From: a virus
DNA length: 64,000 nt
IMG/VR virus record: IMGVR_UViG_3300044710_000077
Location: 9,112-73,111 of that record
Reading direction: 5' to 3' (one strand)
Below the pieces are notes generated by a model. That model ran no database searches. It had not been told where the DNA came from and worked only from the letters and a program-made list of their open reading frames with translations. Shown here in pieces: positions 45,708 through 53,695 of this stretch. The translations under genes and the position numbers were made by a program. Numbering within the stretch: position 1 is the first letter of the stretch; each line of letters begins with the position of its first letter.

Positions 45708-45929
45708 TTACGCCTGTGTCTCGATAATCGCAAGGACTTGGTCCTGGGCGATCATTTCGCCCAGCTTGACGTGAAGGCGGACGACGCCGGCCGCGGGCGC
45801 GGTAACGGGCCAGAGCATTTTCATGCACTCGATTTCGGCGATTGTTTCGTCGCGGGCGACCGTGGCGCCGTCGTCGACGTGCACGACCGAGACGGTGCCG
45901 GGGATGGCGGCGCGGATTTCGATGGTCAA
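45708..45929 (-). CDS. Stand-alone biotin/lipoyl attachment domain protein
   Basis: IRAAIPGTV..V.V..G..V...ETIAEIECMKM...VTAPAAGVV....V..G..I. Confidence 0.85.
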   Translation of the reverse strand: MTIEIRAAIPGTVSVVHVDDGATVARDETIAEIECMKMLWPVTAPAAGVVRLHVKLGEMIAQDQVLAIIETQA

Positions 45930-46089
45930 GCGCCAGTCGCCACGCCGATTTTTCGGCCGTTGGCGTCGGTGATGTAGGTGTGGAATCCGTTCGTCCCGTT
46001 GCCCACGTCAACGGTCTGGTATGGGCCTGGGGCGGCTTTTCCTGTCATTGTCGTTGGCTCCATCCTTGTAGCCGGTTGGCGTCTTGCGA

Positions 46090-46491
46090 TCAAGCCTTAA
46101 AGCGTACAGGTCCGCATTTTTTGCCCCGCAGCGCCTGATAACCCCGAATTTCCTTGAAAACGAAAGCCAATGCGCCGGCGAATCGCTGGTCGACCATGCC
46201 GACATTGCCAGGAAGTGGCGCGTCAGGAAAATCCGGCGCCGCATGGTGCCGATAATCGTACCCGATGGCCGGCAATAGCCGGTTATCCTCGCGGATTTGA
46301 ATTAGGCGCCCTTGCTGTTCGGCGTGATTGCGCGACCACGATTCCGCAACGCACCGCTTGCAGCGATTCCCGTGGCCGTCGACCTTGTTGGCCTTGTTCC
46401 GATGAAATTGCGACAGCGGCTTGGTTTTTCCGCAACCGCTGCATTTTTTGGTCGGCTCGGCCGCTATATGCGGCTTAGGGGATTCGCCCAT
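46090..46491 (-). CDS. Zinc-finger protein related to HNH N-termini, no HNH core
   Basis: KKCSGCGKTKPLSQF...DG...RCKRC. Confidence 0.55.
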   Translation of the reverse strand: MGESPKPHIAAEPTKKCSGCGKTKPLSQFHRNKANKVDGHGNRCKRCVAESWSRNHAEQQGRLIQIREDNRLLPAIGYDYRHHAAPDFPDAPLPGNVGMVDQRFAGALAFVFKEIRGYQALRGKKCGPVRFKA

Positions 46492-46497
46492 GGCTAT

Positions 46498-46734
46498 TCA
46501 CCGAATTTCCGCCTTTCCGTCGTCGATTGAATCGCCCAGTATGTCGCGGCCCTTTTCGATGGCCAGTAATGCGCATTCCAAGCCCGCGCAGAAACCATTG
46601 GCGAAATTGTAATCGGCGACGGCCTTTTCGTGCTTGCGTCGCAGCCATTCCAACCGAACGGCGGGGATAAAATCGGCCCTGGTCGTGTCGACTACGACCG
46701 CTGGTCTTTTAGACGAGGTCGCCGGTTTCTTCAC
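46498..46734 (-). CDS. Hypothetical protein
   Basis: 78 aa ORF in operon. Confidence 0.45.
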   Translation of the reverse strand: MKKPATSSKRPAVVVDTTRADFIPAVRLEWLRRKHEKAVADYNFANGFCAGLECALLAIEKGRDILGDSIDDGKAEIR

Positions 46735-47089
46735 GCCAATTCACCGTTAAATTCGCCCCAGCGTCCAAACTTGCCACCTCAACGATTAGCCCGTCAAGGG
46801 CGCCTGCGGAGAGCCAGAACGATCCCGTGAAGCAACTTGGCTGCTCGAACAGCGGCCGTTCCTGGCCGTCTGACACCCGAATGCGCCCCCAAGCCCCGGA
46901 CGACACGATCTGCACGCTGTATAGCTCGCAGTCACGGCGCGACAGGCGCCAGCGGCCCACGCGGTCGACTTTCAGCGACCGCATGTTCGACCCCGGCGCG
47001 CACGGGGCGTAGAGGTCGATTGGCGCTGTGGTCACGATGTTGCGCACATGACGATAGCAAACGCGACTGCGAAAGCGATTACCATCCAA
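46709..47089 (-). CDS. Beta-rich hypothetical protein, paralog of 47093-47620
   Basis: RPLFEQPSCFTGSFWLSAGALDGLIV. Confidence 0.55.
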   Translation of the reverse strand: MDGNRFRSRVCYRHVRNIVTTAPIDLYAPCAPGSNMRSLKVDRVGRWRLSRRDCELYSVQIVSSGAWGRIRVSDGQERPLFEQPSCFTGSFWLSAGALDGLIVEVASLDAGANLTVNWREETGDLV

Positions 47090-47092
47090 ATA

Positions 47093-47620
47093 TCAGGCAC
47101 CACCGCCCTCCGTCTTTTGTCGCTTGGCGATATCGTCCAGGACGCGCTGCGGCACCGGCATCCACACGATTGAAGCTATCGCGCAGGCCGAGTCGTGGCC
47201 GCCCGCCGCGCGAATCGTCAGCCCGTGCAGAAAGCCCGCGTCCAGCATCCACGAACCCATGACCACGGGGCTGGCGCTGTATAGGGGTCTGCCGCGGCGC
47301 TGGGCGTATGCCTTGCAGGCGTTTTCATAGCCGCCCGTCCAAGGGCCGCCTTGAGGACCACCCGAGCGCAGATATTCGGTCGGGTCCGGCATATCCTGGT
47401 CGCCGAAGAACCCCCGCTCGTCCGGCACGCCGTCGATAGCCTCCAAGGCGCCGGACCCCGCGTGCGTGCACGCAATCGTCCGCAGCACGCCAGGGCCGCG
47501 CTGTAGGACGAAAATGCCCTTTTCGCGAAGGAGCCAGCAGATTCCACCGATTGGCGGCGTCGGCAGGTCGATATAGGTCACGGCGCCGGCAACGCGGACG
47601 GCGGCAACGGGGGCGTTCAT
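47093..47620 (-). CDS. Beta-rich hypothetical protein, paralog of 46709-47089
   Basis: RPLYSASPVVMGSWMLDAGFLHGLTI. Confidence 0.6.
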   Translation of the reverse strand: MNAPVAAVRVAGAVTYIDLPTPPIGGICWLLREKGIFVLQRGPGVLRTIACTHAGSGALEAIDGVPDERGFFGDQDMPDPTEYLRSGGPQGGPWTGGYENACKAYAQRRGRPLYSASPVVMGSWMLDAGFLHGLTIRAAGGHDSACAIASIVWMPVPQRVLDDIAKRQKTEGGGA

Positions 47621-47634
47621 GCGTTCACCTTCGC

Positions 47635-47988
47635 CTATTTCGGTGGCCAATAGCCGCATAAGGCCATTTTGATATACTCGACAATTCGGTCGCGATATTC
47701 CGCGTCCGGCTCGATCCGGCGCGGTGCCTTGTAAATTGCGCCGAGCTTATCCAGGTTTTCGCCGATTGCTACGAACGCCGCCGCCATATCTTCGACCGGG
47801 TGCGGTTTTGCGTCGGCCTGCGACTGTTCTTGCCACGGGATCGGAAGCCAGATGCTGCCGGCAATGCCTACCCACTGCTGTTGCAACGCGTGATCGCGAT
47901 ATTCCAGGCGTGGCGTCGGACGGGCATCGGGCCCAATCATGCCGACGGCCGATTGCCGCAAATCCTCGTAGGTCAATTTAATCGTCAT
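47635..47988 (-). CDS. Hypothetical protein
   Basis: LQQQW; C-terminal GENLDKLG..Y..PRR.EPDAEYRDRI resembles a baseplate-type motif. Confidence 0.5.
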   Translation of the reverse strand: MTIKLTYEDLRQSAVGMIGPDARPTPRLEYRDHALQQQWVGIAGSIWLPIPWQEQSQADAKPHPVEDMAAAFVAIGENLDKLGAIYKAPRRIEPDAEYRDRIVEYIKMALCGYWPPK

Positions 47989-48217
47989 GCGTTCACCCTG
48001 GCGCGGCAAAGAGAGGCCCTTTGCCATTGTCGCGGCGCCCGGTTTTCACCCAGTGGCCGCTTTTACGCAATGTGAATTTTTCGGCGGTTTTGGTCAAATA
48101 GGCAACCGTCCCGCTGCGCACGCGGCCAACGATGCACTGACGAAATCGCCATGTCGTGCAGCCGCGAACCATAACGCGGATGCTGACCGCTACCGTATCG
48201 CCCGCGACAAGTGGCAT

Positions 48218-49966
48218 TTAGGCATTCACCCTAACCGGCGCCCCGACGTGCATGGGCGCCGCGTGGCCGGCAGCACCGCCGGGCTGGTTGGCGGGCGCAT
48301 TGTCGCCAACGATATCGGGCTCGTCAATGGAGAGCGGCGCGGGAACCGGAGGCGTCGGCTCGTCCGGCGACGTCGGGCTGTCGTCGACGCGTTCCGCCTG
48401 TTCGGCGCTTTCGGTTTCCAGCATGGCAAGGTCCAGGTTCAGCGAAATATAGGCGCGCGCTTGGTCCATGGTTATCAGTTGCTCGTCCTCTGTCGGCTGC
48501 GTCGGCGGCACTTCCGGTGTGCCGGGCGTGGCGGGGCTGTTTTCGCCCGCCGGCTTGCCGGGTTTTGCAGGCTGACCCGGCGCGGTCTTTTTCAGCGGGT
48601 CCAGCATAAGCTGGAACGCCTGCGCCAGCGCCAGAACCTCGTCCGGCGTCGGCTGCGCCAGCCGCGGCCACTGCATGGTCAGCGCGCCGGCGTCCTTGTC
48701 CGATAGCGTCTTGGTGGCGGCTGCCAGCTTGCGCAGCAGCGGCAGCGCGCCGTCGTCGCCATACTGGCCGCGCAGGTCCATAATCAGGTCGTCGCTGTCC
48801 TGGTCCAGATATTCCATGGCGCGCCCAGACAGCGGCGCCTTCATCTTGTCGGGGTCCTTGCGGCTGGCCGATATTTGCTCAAGGGCGAAATTGCGCAAGC
48901 GGTCGATATATTCCAGGGCCGCTTTGCTGCCCTGCCCGTTCATTTCCAATAGTTTGGCATCGCCCGGGCTATAGGTTTGCTCGTCCTCCTTGTAGCCCCC
49001 GCGCATAGCCAAGTGTGTGACCGGGCTGCGGGTAAAGCCGTCTGCGTTCAGCACTTGGCCAATCGTGACCAATTGCGGCGCCGAATTATACCGGATGCCG
49101 CGCCCGGTCTGCGACAGCGTGTAATCCAGTTCGATACTGTTGGGGATAGCGTCGGCGAACGTGCACGCGCCGTCCGGCGCACAGCCGCCGGACAGGTTGA
49201 CGAACCAATGGCCGGGGACAAACCCGAATCCGTGGTCGTGGGACATTTCGGGCCACGCGGTTAATTCTTTCGGCCCCTTGCCGTCGACGTTCGTAAAGCC
49301 GTCGACCGGATTCCAGTCGTCCTTTTTCACCGGCTTGTAGGTGATTTCCTTGTCGGGCAAATAATCGCGGATAAACCAATATATCGCCGACGCCTCAACG
49401 TCGGACGCGCTGGCGCCGAGCGCGATGAAATCCGCCCCCGTGCACGTGTAATTAATCCGCAACTGGGCTAGATCGCCGAACTGATCAAATGACGGCTTGC
49501 AATATTGCGCCCGCCATATCTGGAACGCGGCCTGCTGGTTTTCCCCGGCCTTGCGCACGCGGAACGTGACCGCCACAGACCCCACCGACCCGTTCAGCAC
49601 CGCGTTAGACATGGTCTGCACGAAACGCGCCTGGCGCAGCACCTTGGCCAGCGGGGCCAGCACCGTCGACGTGGCTGCCTCGTCCAGTTTTAATTTCGGC
49701 CTATGCCGGCCGGCGAACAGCTTGCGCGCCGACCAGCGCGCGACCATCCGGGGCAGGCGGAACTGCGCTGACGGCCGGCGCTCGGCCAGCGGAATAATCC
49801 GCGCGTTCGGGCCGCCGTTGGGGTCGGTTTCGTCGTAGAACGCATATTTCAGGTGGTCGTAGAATGTGCCGTCTAGCAGGCGGCAGCACAGGTCCAGATT
49901 GACATAACGCGGGTCTTTCTTGGCCCAGTGCGGGAACGTGACCATGTCGCCGATTTTTTTGAACAT
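48218..49966 (-). CDS. Portal protein
   Basis: 582 aa between terL and scaffold; LLDGTFYDHL, GSVGSVA, HGFGFVP, GDAKLLEM.G, SGRAME; acidic P-rich tail. Confidence 0.88.
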   Translation of the reverse strand: MFKKIGDMVTFPHWAKKDPRYVNLDLCCRLLDGTFYDHLKYAFYDETDPNGGPNARIIPLAERRPSAQFRLPRMVARWSARKLFAGRHRPKLKLDEAATSTVLAPLAKVLRQARFVQTMSNAVLNGSVGSVAVTFRVRKAGENQQAAFQIWRAQYCKPSFDQFGDLAQLRINYTCTGADFIALGASASDVEASAIYWFIRDYLPDKEITYKPVKKDDWNPVDGFTNVDGKGPKELTAWPEMSHDHGFGFVPGHWFVNLSGGCAPDGACTFADAIPNSIELDYTLSQTGRGIRYNSAPQLVTIGQVLNADGFTRSPVTHLAMRGGYKEDEQTYSPGDAKLLEMNGQGSKAALEYIDRLRNFALEQISASRKDPDKMKAPLSGRAMEYLDQDSDDLIMDLRGQYGDDGALPLLRKLAAATKTLSDKDAGALTMQWPRLAQPTPDEVLALAQAFQLMLDPLKKTAPGQPAKPGKPAGENSPATPGTPEVPPTQPTEDEQLITMDQARAYISLNLDLAMLETESAEQAERVDDSPTSPDEPTPPVPAPLSIDEPDIVGDNAPANQPGGAAGHAAPMHVGAPVRVNA

Positions 49967-49972
49967 GGCCCG

Positions 49973-50617
49973 CTATTCCCCGCGCTGGCGCGCCTGCTGG
50001 CGCGCGGTTTCGGCTGCTGCGTTGGCCAGCATTTCCTGCAAGGCCCGCTTGCCCGACGACCCGGGGACGTAGTCCTGCGGTCCTAGGCCGGCGAATCGGT
50101 CTGGGGCTTCAATAGCACGTTCGGCTTGGCGCGCGCGGGCGGCTACCGACGGCTCGGCAATCTGTCGCGTCAGAACCGGGCGCGCTGGGGTAGCCGCAAC
50201 CGCCTGTGGGCGTTTAGGCATCGGCGGCCGGATAGGTGCCGACGGTCGCATAGCCGCTTCCAGGGCCGCCACAATGCGGGCAAACGCGTCGTCGTCAAAC
50301 CACCGCGCCCAATGGGCGAATTTTATTCCCCGGTATGTATTCTCGTAAGGCTTAAAAACCTGATTCAGCGACGTGGTGAACCATGTCCATTGTCGACTTT
50401 CCGGCGCTTTGACACCGACTAAGCGCCCCAGCAACGCACGGCTTTCCTTTTCGCCCACTATCGGTGGCCAGAATTTTGCCAACGCATGGGCTGCATAATG
50501 GCGAGCGCGCAAGCCGTGAACGCCGTCCATAACCTCGATAGGGTCCTCGCCGGTTTCCCGGCACGCCGCCACGATTGCCGTGGCTACCTGGTCAGCGGTG
50601 GGGAATCGGTCGGCCAT
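49973..50617 (-). CDS. Hypothetical protein
   Basis: AIVAACRETGEDP helical N-terminus; coding-like. Confidence 0.55.
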   Translation of the reverse strand: MADRFPTADQVATAIVAACRETGEDPIEVMDGVHGLRARHYAAHALAKFWPPIVGEKESRALLGRLVGVKAPESRQWTWFTTSLNQVFKPYENTYRGIKFAHWARWFDDDAFARIVAALEAAMRPSAPIRPPMPKRPQAVAATPARPVLTRQIAEPSVAARARQAERAIEAPDRFAGLGPQDYVPGSSGKRALQEMLANAAAETARQQARQRGE

Positions 50618-50649
50618 GGCGGTCAAAATACATGCGGCAGGGGAAATTG

Positions 50650-50907
50650 TCAGCCGCCGATGAAAACATTGCGCGCGCACCTAGCGGCCGACCACATGGT
50701 TGAACAGACCTGCATATCCGGGCGCTTTTCGCAGGCGCAGCCGGTAGCCCGATAGACGCTTTTGCAAATCGCGAAGGCCGCGCGTTTAAGCACAGGATCG
50801 GCCAACTGCGCGGCGAATTGTTCTTCATGCTCGGCTTGGCGTTCGACCTTGCGGTCGGCGGCGCGCAAGCGGCGCGCGTCCTTGCGTCTTTCAGCCGCCG
50901 TCGTCAT
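50650..50907 (-). CDS. Hypothetical protein
   Basis: Basic N-terminus, Cys cluster. Confidence 0.45.
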   Translation of the reverse strand: MTTAAERRKDARRLRAADRKVERQAEHEEQFAAQLADPVLKRAAFAICKSVYRATGCACEKRPDMQVCSTMWSAARCARNVFIGG

Positions 50908-51085
50908 CTTCGGCATCGTGCCAGAGTTTGGCCGCGAAAAGGCCAAGGGCAAATCCGGTCAGCAGGTCGGGCACGCCGGCGTAGTACAGGACAATCCAGC
51001 CGCCGAGGCACGTGGCGCCGATGCCAAGCACGAGCTTGGTGCGCGGGCTGTCGGGCGGCACGGTTATCCGGGTCCAGTAGCCCAT
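50891..51085 (-). CDS. Small two-TM protein
   Basis: Hydrophobic 64 aa ORF. Confidence 0.5.
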   Translation of the reverse strand: MGYWTRITVPPDSPRTKLVLGIGATCLGGWIVLYYAGVPDLLTGFALGLFAAKLWHDAEDDDGG

Positions 51086-51367
51086 TTAGATGTGCCGCCC
51101 ATTTACGGCGTAAGGCGCGCCACGGCCCGGGAACGGTGCCGTGGTCTTTCCCTTGTGTTCGCCGACCAGGATAGTGACCACGCGGTAATTGCTGGCGTAA
51201 ACCTCAGACCGGATCATGCCCTTGGCCCACATGCGTTGCATGGCGCCGGATTCAATCGGCCCGTTCGGGTGCGACATGGGGCAGCGTTCGCCGGCCATAG
51301 CTGCGGCAGTCAATAGGTGGAAATTTCGGTTAAGCCGCTCGGCCGTCCATTCCGGGAAATTCGTCAT
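51086..51367 (-). CDS. Hypothetical protein
   Basis: AA.AGERCP...G.I.SEVY..NYRVVTILVG. Confidence 0.55.
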   Translation of the reverse strand: MTNFPEWTAERLNRNFHLLTAAAMAGERCPMSHPNGPIESGAMQRMWAKGMIRSEVYASNYRVVTILVGEHKGKTTAPFPGRGAPYAVNGRHI

Positions 51368-51945
51368 AACCTGCCCGTCCATTTCCCGCGGATTTGCATG
51401 TCGAACCGGATAGCGGCGTCCAGGGCAACGTCGATGAGGGTTTCGGGCGCCAGTTCGTCGTCGCCTGACCGGAATAGATCAAGATAGGCGCGCTTGTAGG
51501 CATAAGCCGCAGCCAACGCCAAGGGCATAGCGCCACCGCGGGCGAATAATTCGCCGGCTGGCTTTTCCGTGTAGGACGTCGTGCCGTCAACGTCCCAAAT
51601 GCGTCCAGCCGTGGCTAGGATGCCGCTGGACTGCCAGTTCGGGCAGGCGTTGCCGCTATACACAGGCTGGAATTTATATTCCTCGAATAGATTGCGCAGT
51701 TCTTCGGTAAAAGCCGCTGGCGGACAAACGGCCGCCGACAGTCCGTCGAAAAGGCGAGGCGAGTTTTCAGCGATCATTGTTGCCGCCAAGTCATCGCCGA
51801 CCATGCCGAACGCCCAGCCGTTGAAAATGGTCCACTTACTGCCGACGTCGGACGGGTAAAGGCTGTTGCCCATATTTGAGATGCCGGTCGTGTCGCTGCC
51901 CAGCCAGGTCGATTTGCCGTCGGTGTACGCGCAGATGATCGTCAT
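51364..51945 (-). CDS. Ntn-hydrolase, HslV/proteasome-beta-like putative protease
   Basis: N-terminal M-T-I-I, GSD, FGMVG, FARGG..ALAA, ALDAAIRFD. Confidence 0.7.
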   Translation of the reverse strand: MTIICAYTDGKSTWLGSDTTGISNMGNSLYPSDVGSKWTIFNGWAFGMVGDDLAATMIAENSPRLFDGLSAAVCPPAAFTEELRNLFEEYKFQPVYSGNACPNWQSSGILATAGRIWDVDGTTSYTEKPAGELFARGGAMPLALAAAYAYKRAYLDLFRSGDDELAPETLIDVALDAAIRFDMQIRGKWTGRL

Positions 51946-52130
51946 TCGCTCCACTCCTCTAGCTCGATCTGAGACAATAAATCGTCAATTGCCTCTCGTT
52001 CGGTCGCGCCATGGCCGATGGCATGCCCCGGCTCATAATTGTCAAGCCACGCCTCCCAATCGAAGCTGCGCGGCGGGATAGGCTTTTTCCAGAACGTCGT
52101 TTTGATATCCAAGGTGAGGACGGCCATCAC
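51942..52130 (-). CDS. Hypothetical protein
   Basis: PIPPRSFDWEA...YEPG..IGHGATEREAI. Confidence 0.55.
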   Translation of the reverse strand: MMAVLTLDIKTTFWKKPIPPRSFDWEAWLDNYEPGHAIGHGATEREAIDDLLSQIELEEWSE

Positions 52131-52345
52131 GCTTCCTCGATTCGGTTGACGTCGATCACGTCCTGCCGCCCGTCGGGATATCGGACCAGATACGTGTTCC
52201 CGAACTGCGGCGTGGCCATGATAACCACAGCCGGCACGGTTTGCCTATCGCTGGGCTTGGAGTACCAGCCGACGACGCGGCGGACCTCCACCGGCTGGTC
52301 CTTGGTGAAAACCTTGGGCTTGGGGATTTGATGGCCGCCGGGCAT
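52127..52345 (-). CDS. Small beta-rich (SH3-like) protein
   Basis: YLVRYPDG; operon coupling. Confidence 0.45.
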   Translation of the reverse strand: MPGGHQIPKPKVFTKDQPVEVRRVVGWYSKPSDRQTVPAVVIMATPQFGNTYLVRYPDGRQDVIDVNRIEEA

Positions 52346-52355
52346 TTTCTACTGA

Positions 52356-52577
52356 TTAACCGCCGGCCGGTGGGCCGACATGCGAAACGAGTACCGCGCG
52401 ATCATAGTTGTCGTCGGTGAGTTGGCTGACAAAGTAGTAGCCTTTGCCTTCGCAGACTGCACAAGCGTACTCGCACTGATCACAGCCGCTTTCAGCATCC
52501 TCGCAGCAACCGTCGATGCAATCGAAGTGCACACCCTCGCCGCCGCAGTCGTAACATTCGACAGACCATAGGGGCAT
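52356..52577 (-). CDS. DnaJ-type zinc-finger small protein
   Basis: CYDCGGEG, CAVCEGKG; GGAG RBS. Confidence 0.55.
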   Translation of the reverse strand: MPLWSVECYDCGGEGVHFDCIDGCCEDAESGCDQCEYACAVCEGKGYYFVSQLTDDNYDRAVLVSHVGPPAGG

Positions 52578-52613
52578 TTCGATCTCCCTGCTTTGGACGG
52601 GTCAGCGCCCGGA

Positions 52614-52898
52614 TTAGTTCGTCTTGTCGCGCGCGCCGCGCATTTGCCGCAGCACGAATTCCGATATTCCCGCCTCGCTGGTCGCCTTGATCGTGGCCCA
52701 GGTCATTTCGATTTTCAGGAATTTATCGTCCATGGCAACGCCGAACGTGACGCTTGGCGTCGTGCGGGCTTCGGCCAGCTTGCCGCCGAGCGGACTTTCG
52801 CCGACGGGGTTTTCGCCGCGTTCGGCCGCTTTCAATGCCTTGGCCACGATATCGGCCTGGGCTTTCAGCACGCGCAGTGGGGATTGCGACGTGGTCAT
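52614..52898 (-). CDS. Hypothetical protein
   Basis: Coding-like ORF with ATGA coupling. Confidence 0.5.
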   Translation of the reverse strand: MTTSQSPLRVLKAQADIVAKALKAAERGENPVGESPLGGKLAEARTTPSVTFGVAMDDKFLKIEMTWATIKATSEAGISEFVLRQMRGARDKTN

Positions 52899-53065
52899 GC
52901 TGTCCCCGGGACGCGCCGTTCGTAAGCGTGCTTGCACTGGACGCTGCAAAACGGCAGCCAGACCCCGGCGACGCGGAAATGCCCCAGCGGGTGGCCCAGC
53001 CGCGGCGGCTTATCGCACTGTGTGCAACGCTCGCCTTCGACCGGCGCCGCGGCTTCCCTGGTCAT
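52895..53065 (-). CDS. Small zinc-binding protein
   Basis: CTQC...FCSVQC. Confidence 0.45.
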   Translation of the reverse strand: MTREAAAPVEGERCTQCDKPPRLGHPLGHFRVAGVWLPFCSVQCKHAYERRVPGTA

Positions 53066-53463
53066 GTCCCCACCTTGCTGCCGTCGGCCCAGGTGAATTC
53101 GCCGTCGGCGCCGACCGGGAAATGCTTGCCGCACCCGACGCAAAACGTGCCGCTGTAGAATGCCGGGTCGCGGGCATAGGTTTCGGCCAGCGACTGGCCC
53201 ATGGTCGTGGCCACCCCGCATTTGCCGTGCACATAGGTCCGACGCACCGGGCGGACAAAGCCGCGGGCGCGTTCGGCGTCCGACAGCACCACATAGCCTT
53301 TCTGCTGGCCGTTGGGCTTTAGTTCGCGGTGGCTGCCGTCAGCGGGCACCGCTTCGCCGTCGGTCAGCGTCTGCTGGGTGCGGTCGACCGGCGGAGGCGG
53401 GGTTGGCGTCGGCGTGGCGCCGACCGCGTGCATGATGCCGTCGATGATTGATTTAATCGACAT
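53062..53463 (-). CDS. Conserved phage hypothetical protein (His/Cys zinc site)
   Basis: YVVLS..ERARGFVRPVR..YVH..CG...AETYARDP.FY.GTFC..C; GGAGG RBS. Confidence 0.75.
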   Translation of the reverse strand: MSIKSIIDGIMHAVGATPTPTPPPPVDRTQQTLTDGEAVPADGSHRELKPNGQQKGYVVLSDAERARGFVRPVRRTYVHGKCGVATTMGQSLAETYARDPAFYSGTFCVGCGKHFPVGADGEFTWADGSKVGT

Positions 53464-53692
53464 GGCGGTCCTCCCAAAACCACAGGGCCGTGCGCTGGCG
53501 CGCCAGCATGTCGCGGATTAGCTGGCTCAGTGCATTGTCCTGGGCGATTGCGTGCCGCTCCATTTCGTCACGCGTCATCGGGTCGGGCCCGAATCGTATC
53601 GGACCCAGTCGGCGACTGCGCGGCTGCGATTCGGGAAATTCCGGCGACGCGCCAAATCGTTCGGGAAATTCCGGCGACAGCATTGCGCGCAT
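53453..53692 (-). CDS. Hypothetical protein with internal SPEFPE duplication
   Basis: 79 aa ORF after terL. Confidence 0.4.
   Translation of the reverse strand: MRAMLSPEFPERFGASPEFPESQPRSRRLGPIRFGPDPMTRDEMERHAIAQDNALSQLIRDMLARQRTALWFWEDRHVD
53630..53678. repeat. 19-bp direct repeat, 30-bp period
   Basis: ttcgggaaattccggcgac at 53630-53648 and 53660-53678. Confidence 0.85.
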
Positions 53693-53695
53693 GGG

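Noticed and set aside
46008-46244. GANDND in a short ORF as a tmRNA tag frame
   Set aside because: No terminal AA, overlaps other ORFs, and no adjacent tmRNA structure; probably chance.
53630-53678. Possible CRISPR mini-array
   Set aside because: Only two 19-bp copies with an 11-bp spacer, in frame within an ORF, and no cas genes.
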